A stretch of DNA of 64,000 bases from assembly GCA_963705295.1 (NCBI GenBank), contig OY970065.1:1280001-1344000 (forward strand). The letters run 5' to 3'. Below the pieces are notes generated by a model. The model was given only the letters and a program-made list of their open reading frames with translations, was not told the origin of the DNA and did no database searches. The DNA is from Parachlamydiales bacterium. Lineage in GTDB: Bacteria > Chlamydiota > Chlamydiia > Chlamydiales > Rhabdochlamydiaceae. The translations under genes and the position numbers were made by a program. Below, in pieces: positions 1-9,598 of the stretch. How positions within the stretch are numbered: the stretch's first letter is position 1; each line of letters opens with the position of its first letter.

Positions 1-1
1 G

Positions 2-1345
2 CGGCGGCTACCTCCGGAAGAACTGCAGGATGTTGAGGAACACTTGAGCCATGTGACGGAGGAGCATGTCGAGCGGCTGTGCGCGGCGCTCGAGAGGCAA
101 AATTGGGATGCGGCTGTGTTTCAGGAAGAGAAGTATCCGTATTATGCATTGAAGGCGGTGCAGGGGAAGAAAATATCTCTGAAGCAGTTTACAACGGTGA
201 TGTTCCACTGGGTGAATTTCACGAAAAACAAAAAAAAATACAGGTTTATTCCTCTTTTTGGGAGAGATGGGAAAGTCGATCGGCAGGCGCGGGAATTGAT
301 ACGGCAAACGCTTGTCCACAAAACTCCTCTTCCTGAGCATTCCCAGGCTACAAAAAATGTGGCATTCTTTCTCGGATATGAGATCGACCTCTCGGATAAA
401 GAGAGTTGTTATCTGACAGATCAGCAGTTTAAAGCATTCATTGAGGAGATGAGAAACGAGCCCGTTTCAGAGCAAAATTTCTTTCTTTTTGATCTGGAAG
501 AGGCTCCATCGATAGCCAAAGCCATTCATGACAATGGTATCAATGTCTTCGGACAGACTAGAGAGGGGTGGATGGTTCCCTCCTTTTCGATGATGCAAGC
601 ATATTTGAAGGTTAAATTTGGCTCGAGGGCACTCCATTTAAAGTCTGTACTCGGATTTTCATCACCACGCGATATCCGCAATGGGATTTTGACGGATGAG
701 CGAGATCTTGCAGTCCCTTTTCCAGGAACGACACTTCCCCCAAAAGCCGACAAATTGGAGGCGCCGGGTTATTTTCTTTGCTGGCACGATTTTTATCATG
801 CGATCATGGCCTCTTATGTCGTCGCAAAGTACCGGATTCTGCTGATGAAACTCGGGGATGTTGCTGAGAGTTTTTATAATCAAACGGGATATAAATTAGC
901 ACATGAGTTTGCTGGAATTCTCTATGATATGGAACATTCTCTTTTCCGCGATGAAGTGCTCGCTTCTGTTTCTAAAGCGCGGAGAAAAGATATGAATTAT
1001 TCATTTTGGTATACGCTCGCGATCGGCTTTACGATTGCAAAAACACGGACGACCGAAGTAGGAGACATACTTATTATTAATCCAGAGGAGAGACAGTTTT
1101 TAGGAGAAGTGATTTCGAAAATTCCCTACGACCTTGAATACAAAGAATGTACAGGAGAGGCCCATCTTGCTGTGCTAGAAAAAGCCAAGAAAGATCGAGA
1201 AGCCATTCAAAAAAAGGGACTTATATATCCGCCGGGTATCTTCGCTCCTCTAGAAGAAACGTACACAGATTTAGTAAGCAGGAATCTCTTCAAAGTCATG
1301 CACGATCTTTGGACGAGCTCAAACGCTTTTTCCAAGCTTCACTGA
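2..1345 (+). CDS. Hypothetical protein with HDFYH motif, paralog of 1296..2768; 5' end lies outside the window
   Basis: Frame is open from base 2 (RRLPPEELQDVEEHL) and aligns with RRLPSDELLAVEQEL of the neighbouring gene. Both share EEK(Y/F)PxYAL, LKVK(F/Y)G, HDFYH and DME blocks. Confidence 0.75.
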   Translation, partial: RRLPPEELQDVEEHLSHVTEEHVERLCAALERQNWDAAVFQEEKYPYYALKAVQGKKISLKQFTTVMFHWVNFTKNKKKYRFIPLFGRDGKVDRQARELIRQTLVHKTPLPEHSQATKNVAFFLGYEIDLSDKESCYLTDQQFKAFIEEMRNEPVSEQNFFLFDLEEAPSIAKAIHDNGINVFGQTREGWMVPSFSMMQAYLKVKFGSRALHLKSVLGFSSPRDIRNGILTDERDLAVPFPGTTLPPKADKLEAPGYFLCWHDFYHAIMASYVVAKYRILLMKLGDVAESFYNQTGYKLAHEFAGILYDMEHSLFRDEVLASVSKARRKDMNYSFWYTLAIGFTIAKTRTTEVGDILIINPEERQFLGEVISKIPYDLEYKECTGEAHLAVLEKAKKDREAIQKKGLIYPPGIFAPLEETYTDLVSRNLFKVMHDLWTSSNAFSKLH

Positions 1346-2768
1346 GTACACGGTAAATATTATTATCTCTTAGATCTCGGATCTCAGGTCTCGGATCGTT
1401 TAAAATAATCGTGTATGGAGGATAAGCTGCAACTTGCCTATCAGCTTCTCGATGAGCTTCATCGAGATGTTTCATAAATGCATCGTCTTCTTGCGTCCGC
1501 CCTTGCTTATATTTTTCGTTGATAGGAATAAAAGAGAGGAGACTTTCCAGGAAATTTCTTTCTTCCAGTGAAGTCAGAAGAACAATATGTGGTTTGAAAT
1601 ACCGGTCTATTGGTTTTGTTGCTATTGTTTTTGTCTTTATAAAAAAACCAGCGAGCGCAAGCCAAAATAGATCATTTACTCTTTTAGCTGGATCTGCATC
1701 TTTATAAAATGCATTAAAGAACGCTTCTTGAGATAAAGGTGTCTCCATGTCAATGATCGCTTCATAAAATGTCTTAGCAAAACTCAAGTTGTTTTTTTTG
1801 GAATAATCTTCAGCAAAGTCTGCAATTTTAAACCACAATGCGCGGAATTCTTCACTTAACCCAGAGACTAATAGGAGATGGTAAAAATCATGGAAGCTAA
1901 TCGCAAAACCTGTCGCACCTGCTTGATCAGCTTCTGATGGGAGAGTTGTGAGAGGGAAATGGACGGCCATATCCCTCCTTCTAAATTTCTGGATACCCTC
2001 GTGAATATCTTTTACAGAGGAATAACCAGCGCAGGGATGAGGAAGTACAGCATTGGGTCCATATTTTACCTTCAGAAAGAGATCCATCATTCCTAAGGAT
2101 GGTCTCATGGCTCCTTCGTCTGTCTGATAAAAAATATTGATTCCAACTTTATGGATAACCTGTACAATTTCAGGGGTTTCTTTTTCTTGTTTTATGAAGA
2201 AACACCGCTCTGAAGGTCGAAGTTCTTCTCTCGCCCTTCTGAAGAATTCATGGAGTTCTTCATCTGTCATAAAAGTTGTATGGGGATCAATTTCTGGTAA
2301 AGAACATTGAATTCCAGGAATAGAAATTTCTGGTTGTCTGAAAATCATTGTCTGACGGATCAGGTCCCACGCTTTGGAATTTATCGCTCCATCCACAAAG
2401 AGGGGAACAACTCTTGTCTCACCTCTGGCCTCAATTCCTTCTTTGGAAAACTCAACCCAATAAAACAACACTGTCGTCAGTTGCCTGTCGGTAATTTTCC
2501 CTTTACGAAAGGCCGCTAACGCATAAAAAGGGAATTTTTCCTCATGAAAGACAGGGGCATCCCACTTGAGTTCATTCATGGCACCGATCAGACGGTCGAC
2601 CTGTTCATCCGTGACCTTCGCAAGTTCTTGCTCGACTGCCAAAAGTTCGTCGGATGGAAGTCTCCGTGTAAATTCTCTATAACCGTCTTCATAGCTACCG
2701 GTTTGAGAGACTGGAGATGAGTTGAAAAAGATACCTTGAGAAGAGCTCGTTACGGGTGAAGTTGCCAT
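1296..2768 (-). CDS. Hypothetical protein with HDFYH motif, candidate secreted effector
   Basis: 490-aa ORF with a Ser/Thr-rich N-terminus; collinear with the convergent paralog. Confidence 0.8.
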   Translation of the reverse strand: MATSPVTSSSQGIFFNSSPVSQTGSYEDGYREFTRRLPSDELLAVEQELAKVTDEQVDRLIGAMNELKWDAPVFHEEKFPFYALAAFRKGKITDRQLTTVLFYWVEFSKEGIEARGETRVVPLFVDGAINSKAWDLIRQTMIFRQPEISIPGIQCSLPEIDPHTTFMTDEELHEFFRRAREELRPSERCFFIKQEKETPEIVQVIHKVGINIFYQTDEGAMRPSLGMMDLFLKVKYGPNAVLPHPCAGYSSVKDIHEGIQKFRRRDMAVHFPLTTLPSEADQAGATGFAISFHDFYHLLLVSGLSEEFRALWFKIADFAEDYSKKNNLSFAKTFYEAIIDMETPLSQEAFFNAFYKDADPAKRVNDLFWLALAGFFIKTKTIATKPIDRYFKPHIVLLTSLEERNFLESLLSFIPINEKYKQGRTQEDDAFMKHLDEAHREADRQVAAYPPYTIILNDPRPEIRDLRDNNIYRVLSEAWKKRLSSSKDRA

Positions 2769-2905
2769 TGTATTACCTATTTTAATTATTCAAATACTTA
2801 TTATATTCCTTTAATTAATTTATTTACGAGCTAATTCTATCATCCTTATGATTAGAGTGTTAAAATTAAGTTTATTTGTTTTCAAGTATTTGTTATAATT
2901 TTAAC

Positions 2906-5068
2906 ATGACAATGCCCCCAATAGAATTAAATAAATTAAACCGTTTTAATATAGAGCACCCCACACTCAGCAGAAGCAAACTTGTTCCTTTGGTCAATGC
3001 ACTCCTCAAAACGTGGTGTAGTCCAGAAGCACACGAGAGATTTACCCGAATATTCGATGCTTGTCAATTGGGGAACGATGGTTTCTCTTGGTGTGATCCA
3101 GCCCGTTTACTTTCTGTACTGGTGTCTCCCATCGATCGATTCCGCAGTTCGAACACATTAGAAGACAAAATCTTTCTCCGAACATCTGATCCTGACTCTT
3201 TATTATTGGTGGCATCTAGAAAAAACCTACCATTAGAGTTATCATCTTCGGAAAAAGAGGTTATTTTGGAAGGGGTAAGCGAAGAGGCCCTTTTCCAAAT
3301 CGTCAAGTACTTGGAGACGGGGGTTGCCGAATTTATTAACCCGAGGGGTCAAAAGGTGACAAGATGCGCTGCGAGGCAAAGCCAGATTGATTCTCGCGAG
3401 GATTACATTCTTGAATACGAAGGATTCCGAGCGAGAATCGATATGGCAAAGCCGCAGCAAGCAGGTTGTCACCTTTTGACCCCTCGGGTTAATAACAGTG
3501 AAACAATTGGTGAAGTCTTCCAGTTTGCTCAAAAATACAAGAATTCAGATTTAATGGATCTCTCTTCTAAGTGTATATTGTTTGACCTTAATAAGACCAT
3601 TAGAACTGCGTTCGAAATACATTCGAATAAAGGTATTGTTAAAATAGCTGTCGAAACAATTTTAGATGACCCTGCTAAAATTGGTGAGTGGAGAGCTTGG
3701 GTGCAAGATCACCCTCCTCCAGCTGGTTATCTTGCTCTTCAGGAATCTTTATGTGTTGCTATGGAGCGATTTCATCTGTGTAGAGCTCATGCCAATCCTG
3801 TCATCATCAGAACATCTCATTCTTTATTATTGGTGGCTTCTCGAGACAATTTAAAAACTTCAGAAAAGGAGATTATTTTTGGAGGGATCAGCGATGAGTC
3901 CCTGATCAAACTCTCTGAGTTTTTTGAAACCGGCAACGTCGAAATCTCTGATGAAGATATAGCTATCGAAATCTATCCAGTGGCTCAAAAATATCAGATG
4001 TCAAGCTTGATGAAACTCTGCTACCCCCAGTTGCTACGGACGGTAACCTCTTTAAATAGAGCGCTTCGTTATTATTCCGAAGGGGAGGAACCATTATCTC
4101 AGGCTAGGAAGCGATTTGACCAATGTCAAACTTTGCTTCAATTAAATCCTGTCGTAATTCAGTCGGCGGACCCGGACTCTGTCCCGTATGTTCTTTCATC
4201 CGGAGAAAAACTTAAGCACCGGAGCCTTGCGTTGAAGGAAATCTGTGAAAGCACGCTGTTTAAAGGCAAAGCCATTTTTGAGGGTTTCAGTTCAGAAGCA
4301 TTGTATGAGATTGCTCAAGCTTTAGAAACCGGCGGATGTGCATTCTTCGGAGAAAACATACTCCCTGCCTATCTTTTTTTCTCAATGTTTGGATGTGAGG
4401 AGCTGAGAAAAGAATGTTTGGAAACAATCCTTGAAAATTTAAATTCCTCTCTTTTAGCTGTTCTAGAGTTTGCACTAGACATTGAAGATAAAGTACTTCT
4501 TACAGCACTGATGACAGAGGCGGCAAATTCCATTTATGGTCTACGGGGCTGCTCGGATGAAGTCTCAGATATTCTTTACCTGATTAGAAAAATATACAAT
4601 TGCAAAGCCGTAAAACTGGAGAGGGACGGTTTTGACGTTCATCTGCGCCTGAACACTCAAGATAAATCGGAGGGTCTTTTCTATCTGATAAAGTGTTTAT
4701 TTAGAGAGAGGCTGCATCTGACTAAAATGACTTTTGAGTGCAACAGTCCAGATGAAGCCCGTGAACACGGTAAGGTTTTGAGGGAATTTGGAAAAACGTC
4801 GAACTTGCGCGCGTTAAATCTCGTCACCAATAACCAACAAGTTCTCGAATTTATAATCTCAAGCCTCCCTGGCACTAACATTTCTCACTTCTCGGTCAAA
4901 ATGGAGGGAAGTATTACGAATTTAAATAATTTAGAAGATGCCTCTACTCTCACGCACTTAACCCTTAGAGCGACCGAGGTATTAAAAAATCAAATTTTAG
5001 AGAAAATAAATGCAGAGCGGATGCTCAGGAGAAAACCGGCACTTGTCGTAGAGTTCATTCCACTGTAA
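2906..5068 (+). CDS. Protein with about 3 BTB/POZ-like repeats and an LRR-like C-terminus, carrying a 53-aa in-frame mobile-element insert
   Basis: Repeated EG(V/I/F)SxE(A/S)L...(L/F)ETG...AQKY...L blocks resemble the BTB fold. ATG at 2906 is preferred over TTG at 2876. Confidence 0.7.
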   Translation: MTMPPIELNKLNRFNIEHPTLSRSKLVPLVNALLKTWCSPEAHERFTRIFDACQLGNDGFSWCDPARLLSVLVSPIDRFRSSNTLEDKIFLRTSDPDSLLLVASRKNLPLELSSSEKEVILEGVSEEALFQIVKYLETGVAEFINPRGQKVTRCAARQSQIDSREDYILEYEGFRARIDMAKPQQAGCHLLTPRVNNSETIGEVFQFAQKYKNSDLMDLSSKCILFDLNKTIRTAFEIHSNKGIVKIAVETILDDPAKIGEWRAWVQDHPPPAGYLALQESLCVAMERFHLCRAHANPVIIRTSHSLLLVASRDNLKTSEKEIIFGGISDESLIKLSEFFETGNVEISDEDIAIEIYPVAQKYQMSSLMKLCYPQLLRTVTSLNRALRYYSEGEEPLSQARKRFDQCQTLLQLNPVVIQSADPDSVPYVLSSGEKLKHRSLALKEICESTLFKGKAIFEGFSSEALYEIAQALETGGCAFFGENILPAYLFFSMFGCEELRKECLETILENLNSSLLAVLEFALDIEDKVLLTALMTEAANSIYGLRGCSDEVSDILYLIRKIYNCKAVKLERDGFDVHLRLNTQDKSEGLFYLIKCLFRERLHLTKMTFECNSPDEAREHGKVLREFGKTSNLRALNLVTNNQQVLEFIISSLPGTNISHFSVKMEGSITNLNNLEDASTLTHLTLRATEVLKNQILEKINAERMLRRKPALVVEFIPL
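3334..3494 (+). mobile_element. Palindromic MITE-like element, copy A (core I), in frame inside a CDS
   Basis: Perfect 29-bp inverted arms TATTAACCCGAGGGGTCAAAAGGTGACAA / TTGTCACCTTTTGACCCCTCGGGTTAATA. Length 161 bp with TA at both ends. Near-identical to 28854..29014. Confidence 0.93.
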
Positions 5069-6881
5069 CGGATTTTGCGAGATTGCGGGGATGGTCGATA
5101 TCTCTTCCGAGTTCTAGGGCGATGTAATAGGCGAAGAGCTGAGTCGCGACGGAAAAGGGGATAGGGGCCAGGGCGTCGGAACATGAAGGGAGATAGATCA
5201 CGTCGTCTGCGAGGTTGTCGATATCTGGGGTATCTTCGAAGGCGAAGGCTAGGATGGGTGCGCCGCGGGATTTGACTTCGGTGAGATTGCTGATCATTTT
5301 ATCGAGAGTGCGCCGGTTACCACAAAGACCGATGATGGGGAGATTTTCATCGACCAGAGCAATCGGACCATGTTTCATTTCACCTGCTGCACATCCTGTG
5401 GCTTCCCGATACGCAATTTCTTTGAGTTTGAGAGCCGCTTCTAGGCTGCTGGGATGCATGAAATGCCTGCCGAGGAAAAAGAAGTGGGAATATTTGCTGT
5501 ACCGGGCCGCAACTTCAGCGATGGCTTCATGTTGAGATAAGACTTTCTCAACGAGGGATGGAAGTAGGCGGATGTCATTTAAAAGTTCCTGTCCTTCTTC
5601 CTTGCTAAGATGCCGCTGCCGTCCCATCAATACTGCGAAAAGTGAAAGAACGGTGATTTGACTGGTGAACGCCTTCGTTGAACAGACGCTGATCTCAGGA
5701 CCAGCCCGTAGAAAAATCGTCGTATCGGCTTCCCGCGTCAGAGTCGAATTTTTGACATTGCAAATCGCAATGACCTGGGCCCCTTTTTGCTTCACTTCAC
5801 GGACTGCCGCTATCGTATCGAGGGTTTCTCCGGATTGGCTGATGGCTATGACAAGGGTATTTTCAGAGATAATCGGATTTTTGTACCGGAACTCGGAAGC
5901 GATTTCGACTTGGCACGGAATCCGGGCTTTTTCCTCGAGATGAAATGCTGCAATACACCCCGCATGCCATGAGGTGCCGCAAGCTAAAATCAAGATTCTT
6001 TTGACGGCTTGCAAATCTTGAGGGGTGAGATGAAAATTTTCGAACTCGACCGTGCCAAAATCTTCGATAAAACGGTTATGCAACGCTTGCTGGAGGGTTT
6101 GGGGTTGCTCGAAGATCTCTTTGAGCATGTAATGCTCAAAAGCCCCTTTCGAGCGGCTATAATTTTCAAGTCCCAGTTTTTCAGGAATTTTGGCGATAGG
6201 GGAGCTGCTCGGATCCAAAATTTCGATTTTATCGGCTTGGATCACCGCGAGTTCATCGCTCCTGAGAAACAAAACATCGAGATCGGAGCTATGGAACGCG
6301 TTTGGATCGGAGGAAATAAACGCCTCTCCAGATTTAAAACCAATCGCGAGAGGATTTTCCCTGGCTGCCGCAATGATCGTATCGGGATGATCTTGATGAA
6401 CGACGGCAATTCCCCAAAATCCTTGCAGAAGCGAAAGGGCTTTTTGAGTTGCTGCCACCAAGTCGCCGGTATAAAAATGGGCGATGAGCTGCGCAATCAC
6501 CTCGGTGTCGGTGTCCGATTGGAATTTTCGACCATTGCCCTGGAGCATTTCTCTTAAAGGTCTGTGATTCTCGATGATCCCGTTGTGAACAACGGCGACG
6601 TGCAATTTCTCATCAAAATGGGGATGGGCATTTTCCTTTGTTGCTTTTCCATGCGTCGCCCACCGTGTGTGAGCGATAGCAAGCGAAAGGGGAGCGGGGC
6701 TACTTTGCCACGCTTGCTCGAGCTGACGGATTTTCCCCGTCTCTTTCCAAAAACGGAGCTGCCCTTCCGCAACTCCGACGAGTCCTGCAGAATCGTAACC
6801 CCGATATTCGAGCTTTTTAAGCCCTTCCAAACAAATGAGAGCTGAATCGTTCGGGCCAATATATCCGAATATGCCGCACAT
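5055..6881 (-). CDS. glmS: Glutamine--fructose-6-phosphate aminotransferase (isomerizing)
   Basis: N-terminal MCGIFGY, LEYRGYDSAG, HTRWATHG and C-terminal PRNLAKSVTVE. Confidence 0.98.
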   Translation of the reverse strand: MCGIFGYIGPNDSALICLEGLKKLEYRGYDSAGLVGVAEGQLRFWKETGKIRQLEQAWQSSPAPLSLAIAHTRWATHGKATKENAHPHFDEKLHVAVVHNGIIENHRPLREMLQGNGRKFQSDTDTEVIAQLIAHFYTGDLVAATQKALSLLQGFWGIAVVHQDHPDTIIAAARENPLAIGFKSGEAFISSDPNAFHSSDLDVLFLRSDELAVIQADKIEILDPSSSPIAKIPEKLGLENYSRSKGAFEHYMLKEIFEQPQTLQQALHNRFIEDFGTVEFENFHLTPQDLQAVKRILILACGTSWHAGCIAAFHLEEKARIPCQVEIASEFRYKNPIISENTLVIAISQSGETLDTIAAVREVKQKGAQVIAICNVKNSTLTREADTTIFLRAGPEISVCSTKAFTSQITVLSLFAVLMGRQRHLSKEEGQELLNDIRLLPSLVEKVLSQHEAIAEVAARYSKYSHFFFLGRHFMHPSSLEAALKLKEIAYREATGCAAGEMKHGPIALVDENLPIIGLCGNRRTLDKMISNLTEVKSRGAPILAFAFEDTPDIDNLADDVIYLPSCSDALAPIPFSVATQLFAYYIALELGRDIDHPRNLAKSVTVE

Positions 6882-6898
6882 ATGTTATTAAGATAGAT

Positions 6899-7393
6899 AT
6901 GGAAGCCAAATATGTCAAAGATTCTGCCGTCATCGATCATACCTACAAAGTTTTTCCCAACGATTTGAACTCATACGGGACGGCTTTTGGAGGAATGATC
7001 ATGGCCATTTGTGATCGGACAGCACTCGTGGTTGCTGAGAGACACAGTAAACAGACGTGCGTCACAGCCTCTGTCGACTCGATGCATTTTCTTCGGCCCG
7101 CTGGTCAAGGAGATATTCTCCTTTTTAGCGCAGCCATCAATCGAACCTGGCGATCATCGATGGAAATCGGCGTCAAAGTCATTGCTGAACACTACGAAAC
7201 CGGTGAAAAACGGCACATCCTCTCCGCCTATTTCACCTTCATCGCCATCGATGAAAATAAACAACCCACTGAAGTCCCCGCCATCCTCCCCGATGGCCCT
7301 ATCGAAAAGAGACGGTTTGAAGAAGCCGGCGATAGACGTGAGCGACGCAAAAAAGAAGCCGAAGATCGGAAAGCCAATAGAGCAAGCTCTTAA
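6899..7393 (+). CDS. Acyl-CoA thioesterase (hotdog fold, YciA-like)
   Basis: FPNDLNSYGTAFGG, VTASVDSMHFLRP and SAYFTFIAID. Confidence 0.9.
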   Translation: MEAKYVKDSAVIDHTYKVFPNDLNSYGTAFGGMIMAICDRTALVVAERHSKQTCVTASVDSMHFLRPAGQGDILLFSAAINRTWRSSMEIGVKVIAEHYETGEKRHILSAYFTFIAIDENKQPTEVPAILPDGPIEKRRFEEAGDRRERRKKEAEDRKANRASS

Positions 7394-7454
7394 TCCTCAA
7401 TAACTTCCATTTCAGTTTAAATTAATATTAATATATGATAAAATATTCATTAAT

Positions 7455-8642
7455 ATGACATTAAAACCATTATCGTGTTCAGAAATAAAAGAAACATCTT
7501 CCTTTCCGCCATTATCCTGCGGTTCTTTGAAGCCGGTGAAGACTCGTGATTTTCTTCGATGGTTTTCCTATGATACTCTCTATGTGCTTCTGACACACAT
7601 GGCCCCTTATCTTGAGATGAAAGATATCAAAAATCTCATCGAATACTTAGATGATACTGTTAGCTTAGATGCCTTTTTTATCATGAATGCTGGGTCGGAA
7701 GATCGGGACTCTAGAATTCAAAGATTAGGAAAACTCTTGGTCGATGCTGCTGTGGCTGGCGATGCCGAAATTGTCAGCCAAGTTTTCGGAACTCGCGTGA
7801 TTTATGAATTGTCGTCTTCAGTTTGCGCAGCTTTTGTACAAGCGCATTTAGAAGATCGAGGGCCGGTGATCAATGTCTTGATTCAGAAACATCCATTTCC
7901 AGATGAAACTCTGCGAGATCATTTTAATATAGCATGTGAATTTAGCTCGTTTTCTGTTTTAGATGTCCTTCAAAATCTCCCAGCGATAACACCTGCGATG
8001 CTCTATACAGAATTTTCTAAAGCATGTCGCAAAGGCGATTTAAGTCTTGTGCAGCATTTGAAAGAAAACAGTAGACTTGGCGAAGGAATTGTCCGTACGG
8101 AATTTAGTCATGCCCTCCAGAATGGGAATCTACCTGTAGTCAATCTTTTAATAGATCACCCTGCGGTTGATAACACAATTTTCTTCGATACAGAGTTTTG
8201 TTGTGCTTGTCGTAGCGGAGATTTAAATCGTATTAAAAACTTGAAAGAAAACTTCAGACTTTCAGACGGAATAGTCCGAACGGAATTTAGCCACGCTCTT
8301 TGGAATGGGAATCTCACTCTTGCGGATCTTTTGAAAGACCACTCCGCGATCGACACGAAAACCATCGATGACAACTTCAAGGAAGCGTGCCCACAGGGAA
8401 AACCCGAAATCGTCACTTTTTTACTTTCTCATCCCAAGCTCTCAGGTGATACGTTAAATGCCTTATGTTTCCAGACTTTTTGTCACGGCGATGAGAAAAT
8501 TGCCCAACTCTTACTACCCAGAATAAATCGTGAGACCTTAACGCAATTTTATAAAGATGCTACAAGCAAAGGTTTTAAAAAAGGGGTTGACCGTCTAGGG
8601 AAAATATTAGGCATCCAACCGGCGAAGAAGAAACACAAATGA
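7455..8642 (+). CDS. Ankyrin-like repeat protein with an internal ~61-aa duplication
   Basis: Repeated FxxAC/ALxxGxLxxVxxL motifs. The block TEF...KENxRLxxGIVRTEFSHALxNGNL occurs twice. Confidence 0.7.
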   Translation: MTLKPLSCSEIKETSSFPPLSCGSLKPVKTRDFLRWFSYDTLYVLLTHMAPYLEMKDIKNLIEYLDDTVSLDAFFIMNAGSEDRDSRIQRLGKLLVDAAVAGDAEIVSQVFGTRVIYELSSSVCAAFVQAHLEDRGPVINVLIQKHPFPDETLRDHFNIACEFSSFSVLDVLQNLPAITPAMLYTEFSKACRKGDLSLVQHLKENSRLGEGIVRTEFSHALQNGNLPVVNLLIDHPAVDNTIFFDTEFCCACRSGDLNRIKNLKENFRLSDGIVRTEFSHALWNGNLTLADLLKDHSAIDTKTIDDNFKEACPQGKPEIVTFLLSHPKLSGDTLNALCFQTFCHGDEKIAQLLLPRINRETLTQFYKDATSKGFKKGVDRLGKILGIQPAKKKHK

Positions 8643-9598
8643 GCCTTTTAACCAGAATCGATCCTACCGTTTTTGAAGATGTCTTTTTATCCCGGCTAGG
8701 GGGTTATCTCGACTATTCTGGACTTAAAGTTTTAGCTTCCCATCTTCAGCAGAATGTGGCCGATCTTGCGATCCGCGCCATTCAAGCCCCACAACCGACC
8801 GATTCCGAAGCTCTTACCATGCGTGTGGCAATGCGTATCGAAAAAACCTCCAAATTTTTGATCGGGGCGGCCCGCGAAGGAGATTTAGAAGTTTTAGAAA
8901 CTATTGTAGCGCACCGTCTCTTTCAATTCGTTTCCCCAAGTGATATCTGCAGAGCTTTTGAACGAGCCGTTTCCAATCAAAGAATCGAAATTCTTCAGAG
9001 ATTACTTCCTTTTACGACCGAGACAATGGTTGCAGGGGGATTTAGGCTGGCTTGTAAGCACGGATTTTTAGAAGTTGCTCAAATTTTGGCCGAGAGAGAT
9101 GAATTAACGAAAGATGAATTTAGCCGTGGGTTTATAGCAGCATGTATGGAAGGTAGAAGCAACATTTACACAGCTTTTTTCAACCATCCTAAACTGAAGT
9201 GGAACTCTGCTAAATTAATGTTATTCACTGCCTGTGATAGCGATGCTTTTACGATTGCTGCGCTGCTGGCAACTTTAGATACGATAAAGCCTTTTATAGG
9301 CAGCGGATTTGTAAGAGCTTGCTGCAATGGAAGTCTTCGTGTTGTTGAATATTTCCAACAATGTGGCTTTATCCCTTTACATGAACTGCGGCAGGGATTT
9401 TATATGAGTTGTGTCTATAAAAAAATGATTGTGGCCCGTTCGATCTTTAGCCATGTCAATATCCCAGAAATGAGTTATATCACTCGGAGTCATTCACCCA
9501 ACCGAGTCATTGCACAATTAAAAAGCGAGCTGCCCAAGCAGCAGAAAATCTTATTGCTCGCCTACAACGCTTCCAGCTGGCTTAGGGAGAGACTATGA
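8639..9598 (+). CDS. Ankyrin-like repeat protein
   Basis: GFRLACKHGFLEVAQIL, GFIAACMEG and GFVRACCNG repeats; ATGA overlap with the upstream gene. Confidence 0.7.
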   Translation: MSLLTRIDPTVFEDVFLSRLGGYLDYSGLKVLASHLQQNVADLAIRAIQAPQPTDSEALTMRVAMRIEKTSKFLIGAAREGDLEVLETIVAHRLFQFVSPSDICRAFERAVSNQRIEILQRLLPFTTETMVAGGFRLACKHGFLEVAQILAERDELTKDEFSRGFIAACMEGRSNIYTAFFNHPKLKWNSAKLMLFTACDSDAFTIAALLATLDTIKPFIGSGFVRACCNGSLRVVEYFQQCGFIPLHELRQGFYMSCVYKKMIVARSIFSHVNIPEMSYITRSHSPNRVIAQLKSELPKQQKILLLAYNASSWLRERL

